Assembly: GCA_963702845.1 (NCBI GenBank)
Contig: OY969763.1
Location: 832,001 to 896,000 of the forward strand
Length of the DNA stretch: 64,000 bases
Direction of reading: 5' to 3'
Source: an uncultured Verrucomicrobiae bacterium
GTDB lineage: Bacteria; Verrucomicrobiota; Verrucomicrobiia; Limisphaerales; Palsa-1400
Of this stretch, positions 50,942 to 60,509 are shown one piece after another. The notes below the pieces were generated by a model that did no database searches, was not told the origin of the DNA, and saw nothing but the letters and a program-made list of their open reading frames with translations. The position numbers were made by a program, and so were the translations under genes. The first letter of the stretch is position 1. Each line of letters starts with the position of its first letter.

Positions 50942-52087
50942 ATGAACCGCGATATATTTGAAGATTTATTCGTGTTGGAAATGGCCAATAACCACAACGG
51001 AAGTGTGGAGCGTGGCATGGCCATCATCGACCAGTTCAGCAAGGTGGTGCGGTTTAACAACGTGCGCGCGACGTTGAAGCTGCAATTTCGCGACGTTGAT
51101 ACGTTTGTACACAAGGATTACCGCGGTCGAACTGATGTTCGTTACATCAAGAAGACTTTGGCGACGGCGCTTCCGGCGGAGCAGTATGGGAATCTAGTCA
51201 CAGCCGTGCGCAAGGCGGGTTTTATTCCAAGCGCTACCCCATTTGATGAAGCGTCAGTGGACCTGTGCGTTACTTTGGGAATCCAGATTATCAAGCTGGC
51301 GAGTTCGGACCTGAATGATTGGTTTTTGATCGAGAAGATTGCCAAAACTCGTAAGCCGGTCGTCGCTTCGACGGGGGGATCATCTCTGAAGGATATCGAT
51401 GACCTGGTCACTTTTTTCACCAACCGCAATATTCCGCTCGCGTTGAACCACTGTGTTTCGCTGTATCCGACGGAAGATACGGAGCTGGAACTGAACCAGA
51501 TCGATTTCCTGAAGAACCGGTATCCTGACGTGACGATTGGGTTGTCGACGCACGAGTACCATAGCTGGGATTCCTCGATGTTGATTGGTTACGCCAAGGG
51601 CGCCCGCAGTTTTGAGCGGCACGTTGATATTGAGACGGATGGTTATCAGATCGCGCCGTATTGCAGCACCCCTGCGCAGATTGATACGTGGTTTAAGGCT
51701 TTCCAGAAAGCGAAGGAAATGTGCGGCGGAGGCAGTGGAACCAAGCGTGTTCCTCCTACTACTGAAATCAAATATTTGGACGCGCTCGTGCGCGGTGTCT
51801 ATGCCAAACGCGATCTGCCGGCGGGCGCATCTCTTACCGACGCAGATGTGTATCTGGCTATTCCGTTGCTGAAGGGGCAAATCTCCTGCCGCGAAATTAT
51901 GCGCGGCGAAGTGTTGCTAAATGGAATCAAGAAAGATGCGCCGGTGTTGATCGACGACATCGACAGCCCGTATTCGTCTTCGGACACGTTGAAGAAAGCG
52001 ATCTATCAACGCGGCCTTGATCCGAACGTCGGCGAAGATCCCGCAGCCAAAGGGTCGAAGGGCGTTGACTTGTCCAACAAGAAATAA
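50942..52087 (+). CDS. N-acetylneuraminate synthase (NeuB/SpsE) family protein with SAF domain
   Basis: EMANNHNG, TPFDEASVD, IKLASSD, HCVSLYP, GLSTHE, ERH. Confidence 0.88.
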   Translation: MNRDIFEDLFVLEMANNHNGSVERGMAIIDQFSKVVRFNNVRATLKLQFRDVDTFVHKDYRGRTDVRYIKKTLATALPAEQYGNLVTAVRKAGFIPSATPFDEASVDLCVTLGIQIIKLASSDLNDWFLIEKIAKTRKPVVASTGGSSLKDIDDLVTFFTNRNIPLALNHCVSLYPTEDTELELNQIDFLKNRYPDVTIGLSTHEYHSWDSSMLIGYAKGARSFERHVDIETDGYQIAPYCSTPAQIDTWFKAFQKAKEMCGGGSGTKRVPPTTEIKYLDALVRGVYAKRDLPAGASLTDADVYLAIPLLKGQISCREIMRGEVLLNGIKKDAPVLIDDIDSPYSSSDTLKKAIYQRGLDPNVGEDPAAKGSKGVDLSNKK

Positions 52088-52089
52088 GT

Positions 52090-53100
52090 TTGAACACGCC
52101 ACTCGTCTCGATCTGTCTCCCGACCTATAACCGGCCGGAGTATCTCAGGCGGGCGGTCATGTCGTGCCTGGCGCAGACCTATTCAAATTTCGAGCTCATT
52201 GTCACCGATAACAGCACCGATTCACAGTCGGGCCAGATGCTGGAAAAAATCGGTGATCCACGCATCCGGTATTTTAAAAACGAGGGCAACATTGGCGCAC
52301 ACGGGAGCTCTTCGCGTGCGGCGATGATCGCTCAAGGGAAATACATCAAATTCCTGATGGATGACGATCTGCTTCGTCCACAGTGTCTGGAGTTGATGGT
52401 TGGCGCTTTTGAAAAATATCCGAAGGTAGGAATCGCGATGGCTCCGATGGAGTTGATAGATAAGGACGACAGACGGATTTTTCCCAAGTTTTATTTCGTC
52501 CGCACGATGGATTATCGCTATCGATATCAGGTTGGAGACGGCTTGATTGATCGCAAGCGACTGCTAAAGGATTTTCTGACCCGCGACTATCCCTGCACGG
52601 TCCCGAGCGGTATCATGTATCGTGCGGAGCTGATCAGGGAAATGTTGCCGTTTGATCCGGCCCTGGATTTTGCCGGCGATCTCGATGTTTGCATGCGAAT
52701 CGCCGCGTCTAACGACTTCTTTTACATCGATCAGGTTCTTTCGGCATGGCGATTTGTGCCAGCTTCGGAGACAGCGACTATGCATCGTTCGGGGTCGAAG
52801 ATCGAAGTGTTTTATGAAATTACACGTCGGTGTCTGGCCCGTGACCCAGTGAAAAAGATGTTTGCTGGAGAATGGGCCAAGCTTGTACGCGATAGCTACC
52901 TTTTTTGTGATTTCCGATCATTAATGCTGAACGGTATGGCAGCGGTGCGTGCACGTAGCCCACGGCTACTATTCCAAACGATCTCGCACGTGTTCCGCGA
53001 AGATAAACATTGGACGAACCTATTTCGGGTACCGATTTTTGCGATGAAAGAAGTGTTTGTGTCCGTGTTTCCGCGCAAACTGCCGCCAGCCCGCGAGTGA
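52090..53100 (+). CDS. Glycosyltransferase family 2
   Basis: VSICLPTYNR, DNSTD, MDDD. Confidence 0.9.
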   Translation: MNTPLVSICLPTYNRPEYLRRAVMSCLAQTYSNFELIVTDNSTDSQSGQMLEKIGDPRIRYFKNEGNIGAHGSSSRAAMIAQGKYIKFLMDDDLLRPQCLELMVGAFEKYPKVGIAMAPMELIDKDDRRIFPKFYFVRTMDYRYRYQVGDGLIDRKRLLKDFLTRDYPCTVPSGIMYRAELIREMLPFDPALDFAGDLDVCMRIAASNDFFYIDQVLSAWRFVPASETATMHRSGSKIEVFYEITRRCLARDPVKKMFAGEWAKLVRDSYLFCDFRSLMLNGMAAVRARSPRLLFQTISHVFREDKHWTNLFRVPIFAMKEVFVSVFPRKLPPARE

Positions 53101-53147
53101 ACGAAAAGAATTGTTGTGAATGTTAAACGCCGAGTAGCCTTTACCAA

Positions 53148-53933
53148 ATGATAGCCAATGCCAAACAGCTGATTCGCAGAACGCTCGACCGTATGGGTTA
53201 CCAAATTGTAAAGATTAGCCATCGGTCGTCCGCTCAGCCCGTTGATGTTTTCCCGCTGGTAGTCAACGATCTGCTGGCACGAAAGAAAACGAATCAACTT
53301 TCTTTTGTGCAAATTGGCGCACATGACGGGCTTCACGCAGACCCACTACGACCGTTTATCACCCGCTTTCACTGGAAGGGCATTCTTGTCGAGCCCCAAC
53401 CGAAAATTTTCCAGCGGTTGATCAAGAACTACGCGACTGAGAAACAGCTCATTTTCGAAAACGCTGCCATTGGCAACGCTGATGGGACGTCGACACTCTA
53501 CACGTTCAAGGAGTCGTCAAACCTCCCAGATCATGCCAGCATGCTTGCATCGTTCGATCGCGGCCGGTTGGTTGCCAACGGGCACGGCTATCGAGGTGAA
53601 ATCGAAGAACTGAAGGTGCCCACCCTGAGTGTCAAAACTCTACTCGCAAAGCATGCCATAGGCGAAATCGATTTACTACAGATAGATGCAGAAGGTTTCG
53701 ACTACGAGATCGTGAAGATGTTTGTGCATGCTGGTGTTTCGCCTGCCATCATCAATTTCGAAAGCGGTATCTTGAGCGAAGGCCAGATGAGGGAATGCGG
53801 CGAACTTCTTGCAACGCTCGGATACCGGGCGATTACTGTTGGCGTCGATACTGTCGCATACAAGCAAGGAGCTGATTTCGGGTTTGATGAAACACTGGCG
53901 GACGAAGGTTACCAGTCAGTTAAACAGCGATAA
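53148..53933 (+). CDS. FkbM family methyltransferase
   Basis: VQIGAHDG, GILVEP, LQIDAEGFD. Confidence 0.88.
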   Translation: MIANAKQLIRRTLDRMGYQIVKISHRSSAQPVDVFPLVVNDLLARKKTNQLSFVQIGAHDGLHADPLRPFITRFHWKGILVEPQPKIFQRLIKNYATEKQLIFENAAIGNADGTSTLYTFKESSNLPDHASMLASFDRGRLVANGHGYRGEIEELKVPTLSVKTLLAKHAIGEIDLLQIDAEGFDYEIVKMFVHAGVSPAIINFESGILSEGQMRECGELLATLGYRAITVGVDTVAYKQGADFGFDETLADEGYQSVKQR

Positions 53934-54084
53934 GGGCTCACTAGCTTTTGTTTGCTGTAGGACAAAATCCGACCACGGTAACCGTTTCGCTGGTAGCAAT
54001 TTAGACGGGTTTAAGTTGACATACTCCTTCCGAAGGGCATCCTCTATCGGAGAAAACTAAACCACACTCCGTGGGAAGGGAAAT

Positions 54085-57000
54085 ATGCTAACTCTAAAAA
54101 GCTCATCCGTATATCTGACTCTATGCTCTTGTTTGCTGATTGCAGCCACTTCGGTGCGAGCGCAATCGCCGGTGATTAATACGCCGCCGCAGAGCCAGAC
54201 AGCTGTGACCGGTAGTAATGTAATCTTTTCGGTTCAGGTAGGCGATTCGAGCGCTACTTTGCCAAACATCAGCTCCGGCACGCTCCGCCTCTGGTTGAAG
54301 GCAGACGCAGGGGTGGTGACTAACAGTTCTGGACGCGTCAACCGTTGGCAGGATCAATCTGGCAATGCAAATGATGCACTGCAAGCGACGGCGAACCTTC
54401 AGCCGTTGATTACTGTTCCGGGAAATCTTAACGGCAAACCGGCGGTGAGGTTCGCTGCAAATCCTCCTGGCGACACCTCCGGCACATATCTCCATGGAAC
54501 CGGTGACGTTGGGATTCCAAATGCGTACACAGCTTTCATGGTTTATCAAACGCGGGAGATAACCAACAACGACATCGTTGTTGCGTATGTTGGTGTGCCC
54601 GGGACCTACGGTTCATGCCGTGGCTTCGACCTTGCTCAACAGCAGCTTTGTCTAGGAACGTGGACATATGACTATTTTACGGCATTTGCGCCGGCAATAA
54701 ACACTCCCCGTCTTTGGACCGAACGTTTCAACACCAATCTCAATTCGGCTCAGGTGTTTGATTATAGCGCGTCATCGACGACCAATTTCAGTTTTTCAAC
54801 CTCAGGCCAGTCTGCGCCCGCACCGGGGTATTATCTGGGTGGTTTGGATCCTTCTGGTCAGTTCGTTGTGTCTGGACGCAACTTCAACGGGGATATAGCC
54901 GAATTGATCTACTTTCAAGGTGCATTGACTGAGGGCGACAGGGCCACCGTGCAGCAATACCTTGCGCAAAAATACCTGTTGCCGAGTTCGCAGGGTCCAT
55001 TCACGTATCAATGGCGGATGAATGGCGGTGCGATCGGCGGTGCGACTGACAGCAGCTTGAATTTGACGAATGTCCAGATTGCAGCTTCTGGCACGTATTC
55101 AGTCGTGGTTAGCAACTCGATCGGATCAACGACCAGTTCTCCCGCAGTCCTAACGGTCGGCGACGCGCCGGCAATCACGACGCAGCCACAGAGTCAGACT
55201 GTTATTCAAGGAACACCGACTTCATTTAGCGTAAGCGCCTCGGGAACGGCACCATTAAGTTATACCTGGGTTTTTAATGGGTCGGTGATTCCAGGTGCCA
55301 CGACGGCAACTCTGTCGATTACCAATGTGCAATTCTCGAACGTCGGATCGTATTCCGTTGTCGCTTCGAGCCCGTTTGGCCAAGCAACCAGCGGTAGTGC
55401 GACTCTTTCGGTGGAAACTGTTCCGGTGATAGGAAACCAGCCACAGAGCCAGATCCTTCAAGCTGGCAGCGACGCAATTTTTGCGGTTAGTGCCTCGGCT
55501 CAGTCCGTCGCGGTTATGCCTAATGTCGCTTCTGGAACGCTACAGTTATGGCTGAAGCCTGATGCTGGAATCGTCAAGAACGCGTCCGGGCAAATTAGCC
55601 AATGGCAGGATCAATCAGGGAACAACAATCATGCCGCTCAGGCATCGAGCAGCCTGCAACCTACGTTGCTTTCTTCAACTGCATTTAGCGGAAAATCTGT
55701 TGTTCATTTTAATGGAGCACAGAACAACACAAGTGGGCAGTACCTGCACGGGACTGGTGATGTTTCCATTCCCGATGCTTTCACTGGATTCGTCGTTTAC
55801 GATATTACCAACAATGCGAACTCCGAGAACATGACTTACTTCGTGGGCGTCCCGGGAACCTTTAATGTGTGTCGCGGGTACGACTGCGTGACGAACTCAA
55901 TGATGTTTGCGTGTTGGGGTAACGATTACTATTCCGGTGTTGTCATTCCTCCGAATACTGTTCACATCTGCACGGATAGGCTTAATACCAACAAAACAAG
56001 TGTCGATATGTTCGACACAACTGCAGCGTCAACCGTGCTTGTCTCAAAGCCGACTTCAGGGTTGGGTACGCCGGGAGCGGGCTACTATATTGGAGGAGTC
56101 GATACAACCATGCCGAACGTAGGGTCAGGTCGCGTCCTAGCCGGCGACGTGGCTGAAGTCATTGTTTACAGAGGTTCACTGACTGACCTCGACCGGACCG
56201 CCGTTGAGACCTATCTCAAGCAGAAATACTATCAGACCGGAACTTCTTCTGGTCTATCATATCAGTGGCAATTTAACGGAGTAGACATTGCGGGAGCGAC
56301 GAATTCGTCGATCACCGTTAGTAATGTGCAGTCGACGAATATCGGTACTTACAACGTGGTCGTTTGCAATGGCTCTCTATGCACAACCAGTTCCAATGCG
56401 CTTTTGATTGTAACGCAGACCGGGGTCGGCCCGTCGATTACAACCCAGCCGCAGAGCCAAACTGTTCTCAGTGGTTCTGCCATCGCCTTTTCAGTGGGCC
56501 TCGCTCCGGGTTCATATAGCTATTTGTGGCAGTTCAACGGTTCGATAATTGCGGGCGCGACGGATTCTGTTTTGAACTTAACGAATGTTCAGGCTGCAAC
56601 TTCCGGAACTTACAATGTGGTCGTCGGAGATGGCACGAATTATGTCCTGAGTTCAAATGCAGTTCTAGCGGTTGTTTCACCGCAAAACCCGGGTTGCACG
56701 CCTGCCCCGTCGGGGCTCGTTGGATGGTGGCCTGCAGAAGGTGACGCGTCGGATTTTGTTGGCAACGATAATGGGACATTAGTTAATAGTGTTGGTTTTG
56801 CACCAGGTGAAGTGGGGCAGTCATTTAGTTTGTCCGGAAATAGTTACGTCAGTATTCCTGATTCGACCCAAGTCCGACCGACGAGCGTCACTATTGCAGG
56901 ATGGTTTGCGCTCACCCAGGTAACTGGCGTACAGGTTCTCGTTGGGAAAACCGTCGGTACTGGCCCCTATGATTCATACGTTCTGTTTTTTCAGGGTGGT

Positions 57001-60000
57001 GCATTGAGTGGTACCGTCGGCAACCTTTCCGGCACCGGACCAATTCTCTCTTATCAACTAAATCCAACGGCGAATACGTGGTATCACTTTGCATATACGT
57101 TTGATAACGCGACGAAGCAGCAGGCACTGTATGTAAACGGGGTTCTGCGCGCGTCAGGGGCCAACTCGGCCACAATAGGGTACGATAGTCATCCCTTGAT
57201 GATAGGTTCCGAATATGAAAATGAGTCGGTTCAGTATTTCATGAACGGGAAGGCTGATGAGGTTACTCTATTTAATCGGGCGCTGGCGGCTGGTGAATTG
57301 CAGCAAATATACAACGCCGGAGCAGGCGGAATTTGTAATGGCCTGTTAATCGGACTTAACCCTCAAAATCAATCGGCTGCAGTCGGAACAGCTGCGGGGT
57401 TCAGTGTCAAAGCGTCCAGTTTGGCGCCAATCAGTTACCAGTGGCTGCAGAGCGGCAGTCCAATTGCGGGCGCAAACGCAAGCAACTTGATTCTAACCAA
57501 TGTCCAGGTGACTGACGCAGGCACGTACGCTGTGGTTGTGTCGAACCTGTTTGGATCATTAACAAGTTCAAATGCAGTTTTAACTGTTGGATTTGCTCCG
57601 TCGATTTCGACGCAGCCGGTGAGTCAAACGGTCGTTCAATCCAACAGTGTGTTGTTCGCAGTTACTGCATCTGGAACTGACCCATTGTCGTATCAGTGGA
57701 AATTGAATGGCTCTGCGATTGCCGCGGCGACGAATTCGAGTTTAACGATCACGAGCGCACAAACGACGAATAATGGCAGTTACACGGTTGTCATCACAAA
57801 CTTGTTTGGATCTGTGACCAGTTCAAACGCTGTGCTGCGGGTTGATGTAATTCCACAAATTCTCTCCCAACCGCAGAGCCAAACGATCATTTCGGGCAAT
57901 ACGGCAACCTTCTCGGTTGGCACAGATGCTGTCCTGCCGGCGGTTGCGTCCGGGACATTGCGATTGTGGTTGAAAGCTGATGCAGGTGCAGTGACAAACG
58001 CCAGCAATCAGGTGAGTCGGTGGAACGATCAGTCGATCAATGGCAACAACGCTAATCAGTCGAATACCGCGCAGCAACCGGTTCTGGTGCATCCTGCTGC
58101 TGTCAACGGACGCGCGGCGCTACATTTCGATGGGATTCAGAGTTCTTCATCCGGCGATTACCTCGTGGGAACGAACGACGTTGGTATTCCCGATGCGTTT
58201 ACGTCGTTTGTTGTTGCGGAACCGTCGGGGTTCTCGTCGGCCAACATCCCGGCGTTCGTTGGAACGCCCGGCACAACTGGCGCAGGCCGCTGCTGCAGCT
58301 TGATTAGTGGTCAGCTTTATTTCGCAACGTGGGCGAACGATTATGGCAGCGGATTTTCCCCGCAAACTGGTACATATCGGATCTGGACTGAGCGTTTCAA
58401 TACGAACCGGACTTTTGCCGAACTGTTTGATCGCACCGCCAGCACGAGCACAAACTTCAGTTGGACGGTATCGAATATCCAAACGCCGTCCTCTGGATAT
58501 TATGTAGGTGGTCTTGGCGCATTTACCCGCAATTTCGCTGGCGACGTTGCCGAAGTGATTTATTATCGCGGCTCGCTGAGCGATAGCGATCGCCTTGCGG
58601 TGGAGACGTATCTTCGCCAAAAGTATTACCAGGCGATCCCACTTAGCGGTCTCACATACCAGTGGCAGCTCAATGGTTCGAACATCGCGGATGCAACAAA
58701 TTCCAGCCTGACGGTATCGAACGCGCAGCCTGCGAATGCCGGTACTTATACGGTTACTGTTTGCAACGGGAGCGCCTGCATTACCAGTTCGAATGCGACG
58801 TTGACCGTGAACATTCCTCCGTTCATCACACAACAACCGGTTGACCAGACTGTGATTGTAGGCACGAGCGTAAGCTTCACCGCGAACGGCGATGGCACTG
58901 CGCCATTGAGCTATCAGTGGCAACATAATGGCGCAAATATTTCAGGGGCGACGACGACGTCGTTGAGCATCGCGAGTGTGCAGCAGTCAGATGCCGGGTC
59001 GTATGCGCTCGTGGTGAGCAGCCCGTATGGGGCTGCGACCAGTTCCAGCGCGGTTTTGGGTATTATCACATCGACCGTGATTGCCGGGAATGTGAGCGGT
59101 TCGGGTTCGAGCACGTTAACGCTGCCGATATTGCTTTCGGCGCTTGGTAACGAGAACGCGGTTGGGTTTAGTTTAAACTTCGACCCGACGTTGTTAAGTG
59201 TGGCGTCGGTGAATGTGGGATCCAACCTGACCGGCGCGACCGTGTTTTACAACACGGCAAACAGCGGACATGCAGGCATTGCGGTTTCGTTGAGTTCAGG
59301 AAATACATTTGCCGCGGGGACTCAGGAGATGGTGGTGGTTGTATTTAACGTTGGCCTGGTGACGACGAACGTGGTTACGCCAATCAGTTTTGGAGATACG
59401 CCGACTCTACGTGAGATCTCCGACCCGTCGCCGAAGCTTCTGCCCGGCACTTATATCGCGGGATCGGCGGCGTTGACGGCGACAGCGTTCGAAGGCGATG
59501 TGGCACCGCGACCGGACGGCGACCAGCGCGTCGGCATAACGGACTGGGTGCAGGTAGGCCGGTTTGTTGCTGGATTGGATACCGTGGGCAGCGCGAGTGA
59601 ATTTCAGCGAGTTGACTGTGCCCCGCGCAATGGCTCTGGCAATGGCAAGTTGACGGTCAGCGACTGGGTTCAGGCGGGCCGTTACTTTATTGGGCTTGAT
59701 CCTTTAACACCTGTTGGTGGCCCAACTACTCCAATCGGAAACGCGATTGTGCAACCGCGCATTCCGACTTCCCGGACGATCGCGCTGCAAACCGGAACAA
59801 CGAGCGGCATCTCAAACGTAGTCAGCGTGCAGTTGAATGCGCAAGGTGACGAAAGCGCGGTCGGCTTCAGCCTGTCATTTGATTATACCCAACTTCGGTT
59901 CACTGGCGCATCGGTCGGCAGCACCGCTTCGGGTGCGAGCATGAATGTAAATTCGGTCCAGGCCACCAATGGAACGGTTGGCGTCGCTCTTGAACTGCCG

Positions 60001-60399
60001 TTCGGCCACACCTTCCCCGCCGGCACCCAGGAAGTCGTGCGTTTGAGTTTCGTGCCGATTGTTTACGCGCCGGGCAGTTCGAATCTTACGTTTACCGACT
60101 CGCCGGTGATACGCGACGTCTCTGACGTGACTGCAAACTCGTTGAGTGCGAATTATGTGAATAGCACACTTGCGACGACTGGGTTGTTGTTGCCATCACT
60201 GTCAGTCTTCCAGGATGGTTCCGGCAATGTCACTTTATCGTGGCCAGCTTCGGCCGTCGGCTTTGGCCTGGAAAGTGTGTCTGACTTAAGCACGAATTGG
60301 TCACCGGTCTCAACGACCCTTGTGACGAATGGTCCGACCGTTTCGGTCATTCAGTCGCCATCAAGCAATCAGCTCTATTTCCGATTGCATAAGCCCTAG
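54085..60399 (+). CDS. Giant secreted protein: Ig repeats, LamG/ConA-like domains, cohesin-dockerin-cohesin-like C-terminus
   Basis: Signal peptide; repeated P.I..QPQSQT...YQW..NG..I.GAT...GTY.VVV.N; GLVGWWPAEG LamG-like domain; duplicated GD..P...G......DWVQ.GR...GLD motif; terminal LSWP...YFRL. Confidence 0.9.
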   Translation: MLTLKSSSVYLTLCSCLLIAATSVRAQSPVINTPPQSQTAVTGSNVIFSVQVGDSSATLPNISSGTLRLWLKADAGVVTNSSGRVNRWQDQSGNANDALQATANLQPLITVPGNLNGKPAVRFAANPPGDTSGTYLHGTGDVGIPNAYTAFMVYQTREITNNDIVVAYVGVPGTYGSCRGFDLAQQQLCLGTWTYDYFTAFAPAINTPRLWTERFNTNLNSAQVFDYSASSTTNFSFSTSGQSAPAPGYYLGGLDPSGQFVVSGRNFNGDIAELIYFQGALTEGDRATVQQYLAQKYLLPSSQGPFTYQWRMNGGAIGGATDSSLNLTNVQIAASGTYSVVVSNSIGSTTSSPAVLTVGDAPAITTQPQSQTVIQGTPTSFSVSASGTAPLSYTWVFNGSVIPGATTATLSITNVQFSNVGSYSVVASSPFGQATSGSATLSVETVPVIGNQPQSQILQAGSDAIFAVSASAQSVAVMPNVASGTLQLWLKPDAGIVKNASGQISQWQDQSGNNNHAAQASSSLQPTLLSSTAFSGKSVVHFNGAQNNTSGQYLHGTGDVSIPDAFTGFVVYDITNNANSENMTYFVGVPGTFNVCRGYDCVTNSMMFACWGNDYYSGVVIPPNTVHICTDRLNTNKTSVDMFDTTAASTVLVSKPTSGLGTPGAGYYIGGVDTTMPNVGSGRVLAGDVAEVIVYRGSLTDLDRTAVETYLKQKYYQTGTSSGLSYQWQFNGVDIAGATNSSITVSNVQSTNIGTYNVVVCNGSLCTTSSNALLIVTQTGVGPSITTQPQSQTVLSGSAIAFSVGLAPGSYSYLWQFNGSIIAGATDSVLNLTNVQAATSGTYNVVVGDGTNYVLSSNAVLAVVSPQNPGCTPAPSGLVGWWPAEGDASDFVGNDNGTLVNSVGFAPGEVGQSFSLSGNSYVSIPDSTQVRPTSVTIAGWFALTQVTGVQVLVGKTVGTGPYDSYVLFFQGGALSGTVGNLSGTGPILSYQLNPTANTWYHFAYTFDNATKQQALYVNGVLRASGANSATIGYDSHPLMIGSEYENESVQYFMNGKADEVTLFNRALAAGELQQIYNAGAGGICNGLLIGLNPQNQSAAVGTAAGFSVKASSLAPISYQWLQSGSPIAGANASNLILTNVQVTDAGTYAVVVSNLFGSLTSSNAVLTVGFAPSISTQPVSQTVVQSNSVLFAVTASGTDPLSYQWKLNGSAIAAATNSSLTITSAQTTNNGSYTVVITNLFGSVTSSNAVLRVDVIPQILSQPQSQTIISGNTATFSVGTDAVLPAVASGTLRLWLKADAGAVTNASNQVSRWNDQSINGNNANQSNTAQQPVLVHPAAVNGRAALHFDGIQSSSSGDYLVGTNDVGIPDAFTSFVVAEPSGFSSANIPAFVGTPGTTGAGRCCSLISGQLYFATWANDYGSGFSPQTGTYRIWTERFNTNRTFAELFDRTASTSTNFSWTVSNIQTPSSGYYVGGLGAFTRNFAGDVAEVIYYRGSLSDSDRLAVETYLRQKYYQAIPLSGLTYQWQLNGSNIADATNSSLTVSNAQPANAGTYTVTVCNGSACITSSNATLTVNIPPFITQQPVDQTVIVGTSVSFTANGDGTAPLSYQWQHNGANISGATTTSLSIASVQQSDAGSYALVVSSPYGAATSSSAVLGIITSTVIAGNVSGSGSSTLTLPILLSALGNENAVGFSLNFDPTLLSVASVNVGSNLTGATVFYNTANSGHAGIAVSLSSGNTFAAGTQEMVVVVFNVGLVTTNVVTPISFGDTPTLREISDPSPKLLPGTYIAGSAALTATAFEGDVAPRPDGDQRVGITDWVQVGRFVAGLDTVGSASEFQRVDCAPRNGSGNGKLTVSDWVQAGRYFIGLDPLTPVGGPTTPIGNAIVQPRIPTSRTIALQTGTTSGISNVVSVQLNAQGDESAVGFSLSFDYTQLRFTGASVGSTASGASMNVNSVQATNGTVGVALELPFGHTFPAGTQEVVRLSFVPIVYAPGSSNLTFTDSPVIRDVSDVTANSLSANYVNSTLATTGLLLPSLSVFQDGSGNVTLSWPASAVGFGLESVSDLSTNWSPVSTTLVTNGPTVSVIQSPSSNQLYFRLHKP

Positions 60400-60509
60400 C
60401 GAGCGATTGTGCTGTGAGTGGTAATGCGCTGGATTGCCCGCTACGGCGTGCTCTGACTTGGGCATCATACGCTGCGGTCGGGAAAACGATTAAAGTAGCC
60501 GATATTATT

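Noticed and set aside
54016..54043. TTGACA upstream of the first giant gene as a sigma70 promoter
   Set aside because: The best -10 (CATCCT, 16-bp spacer) is too weak to call
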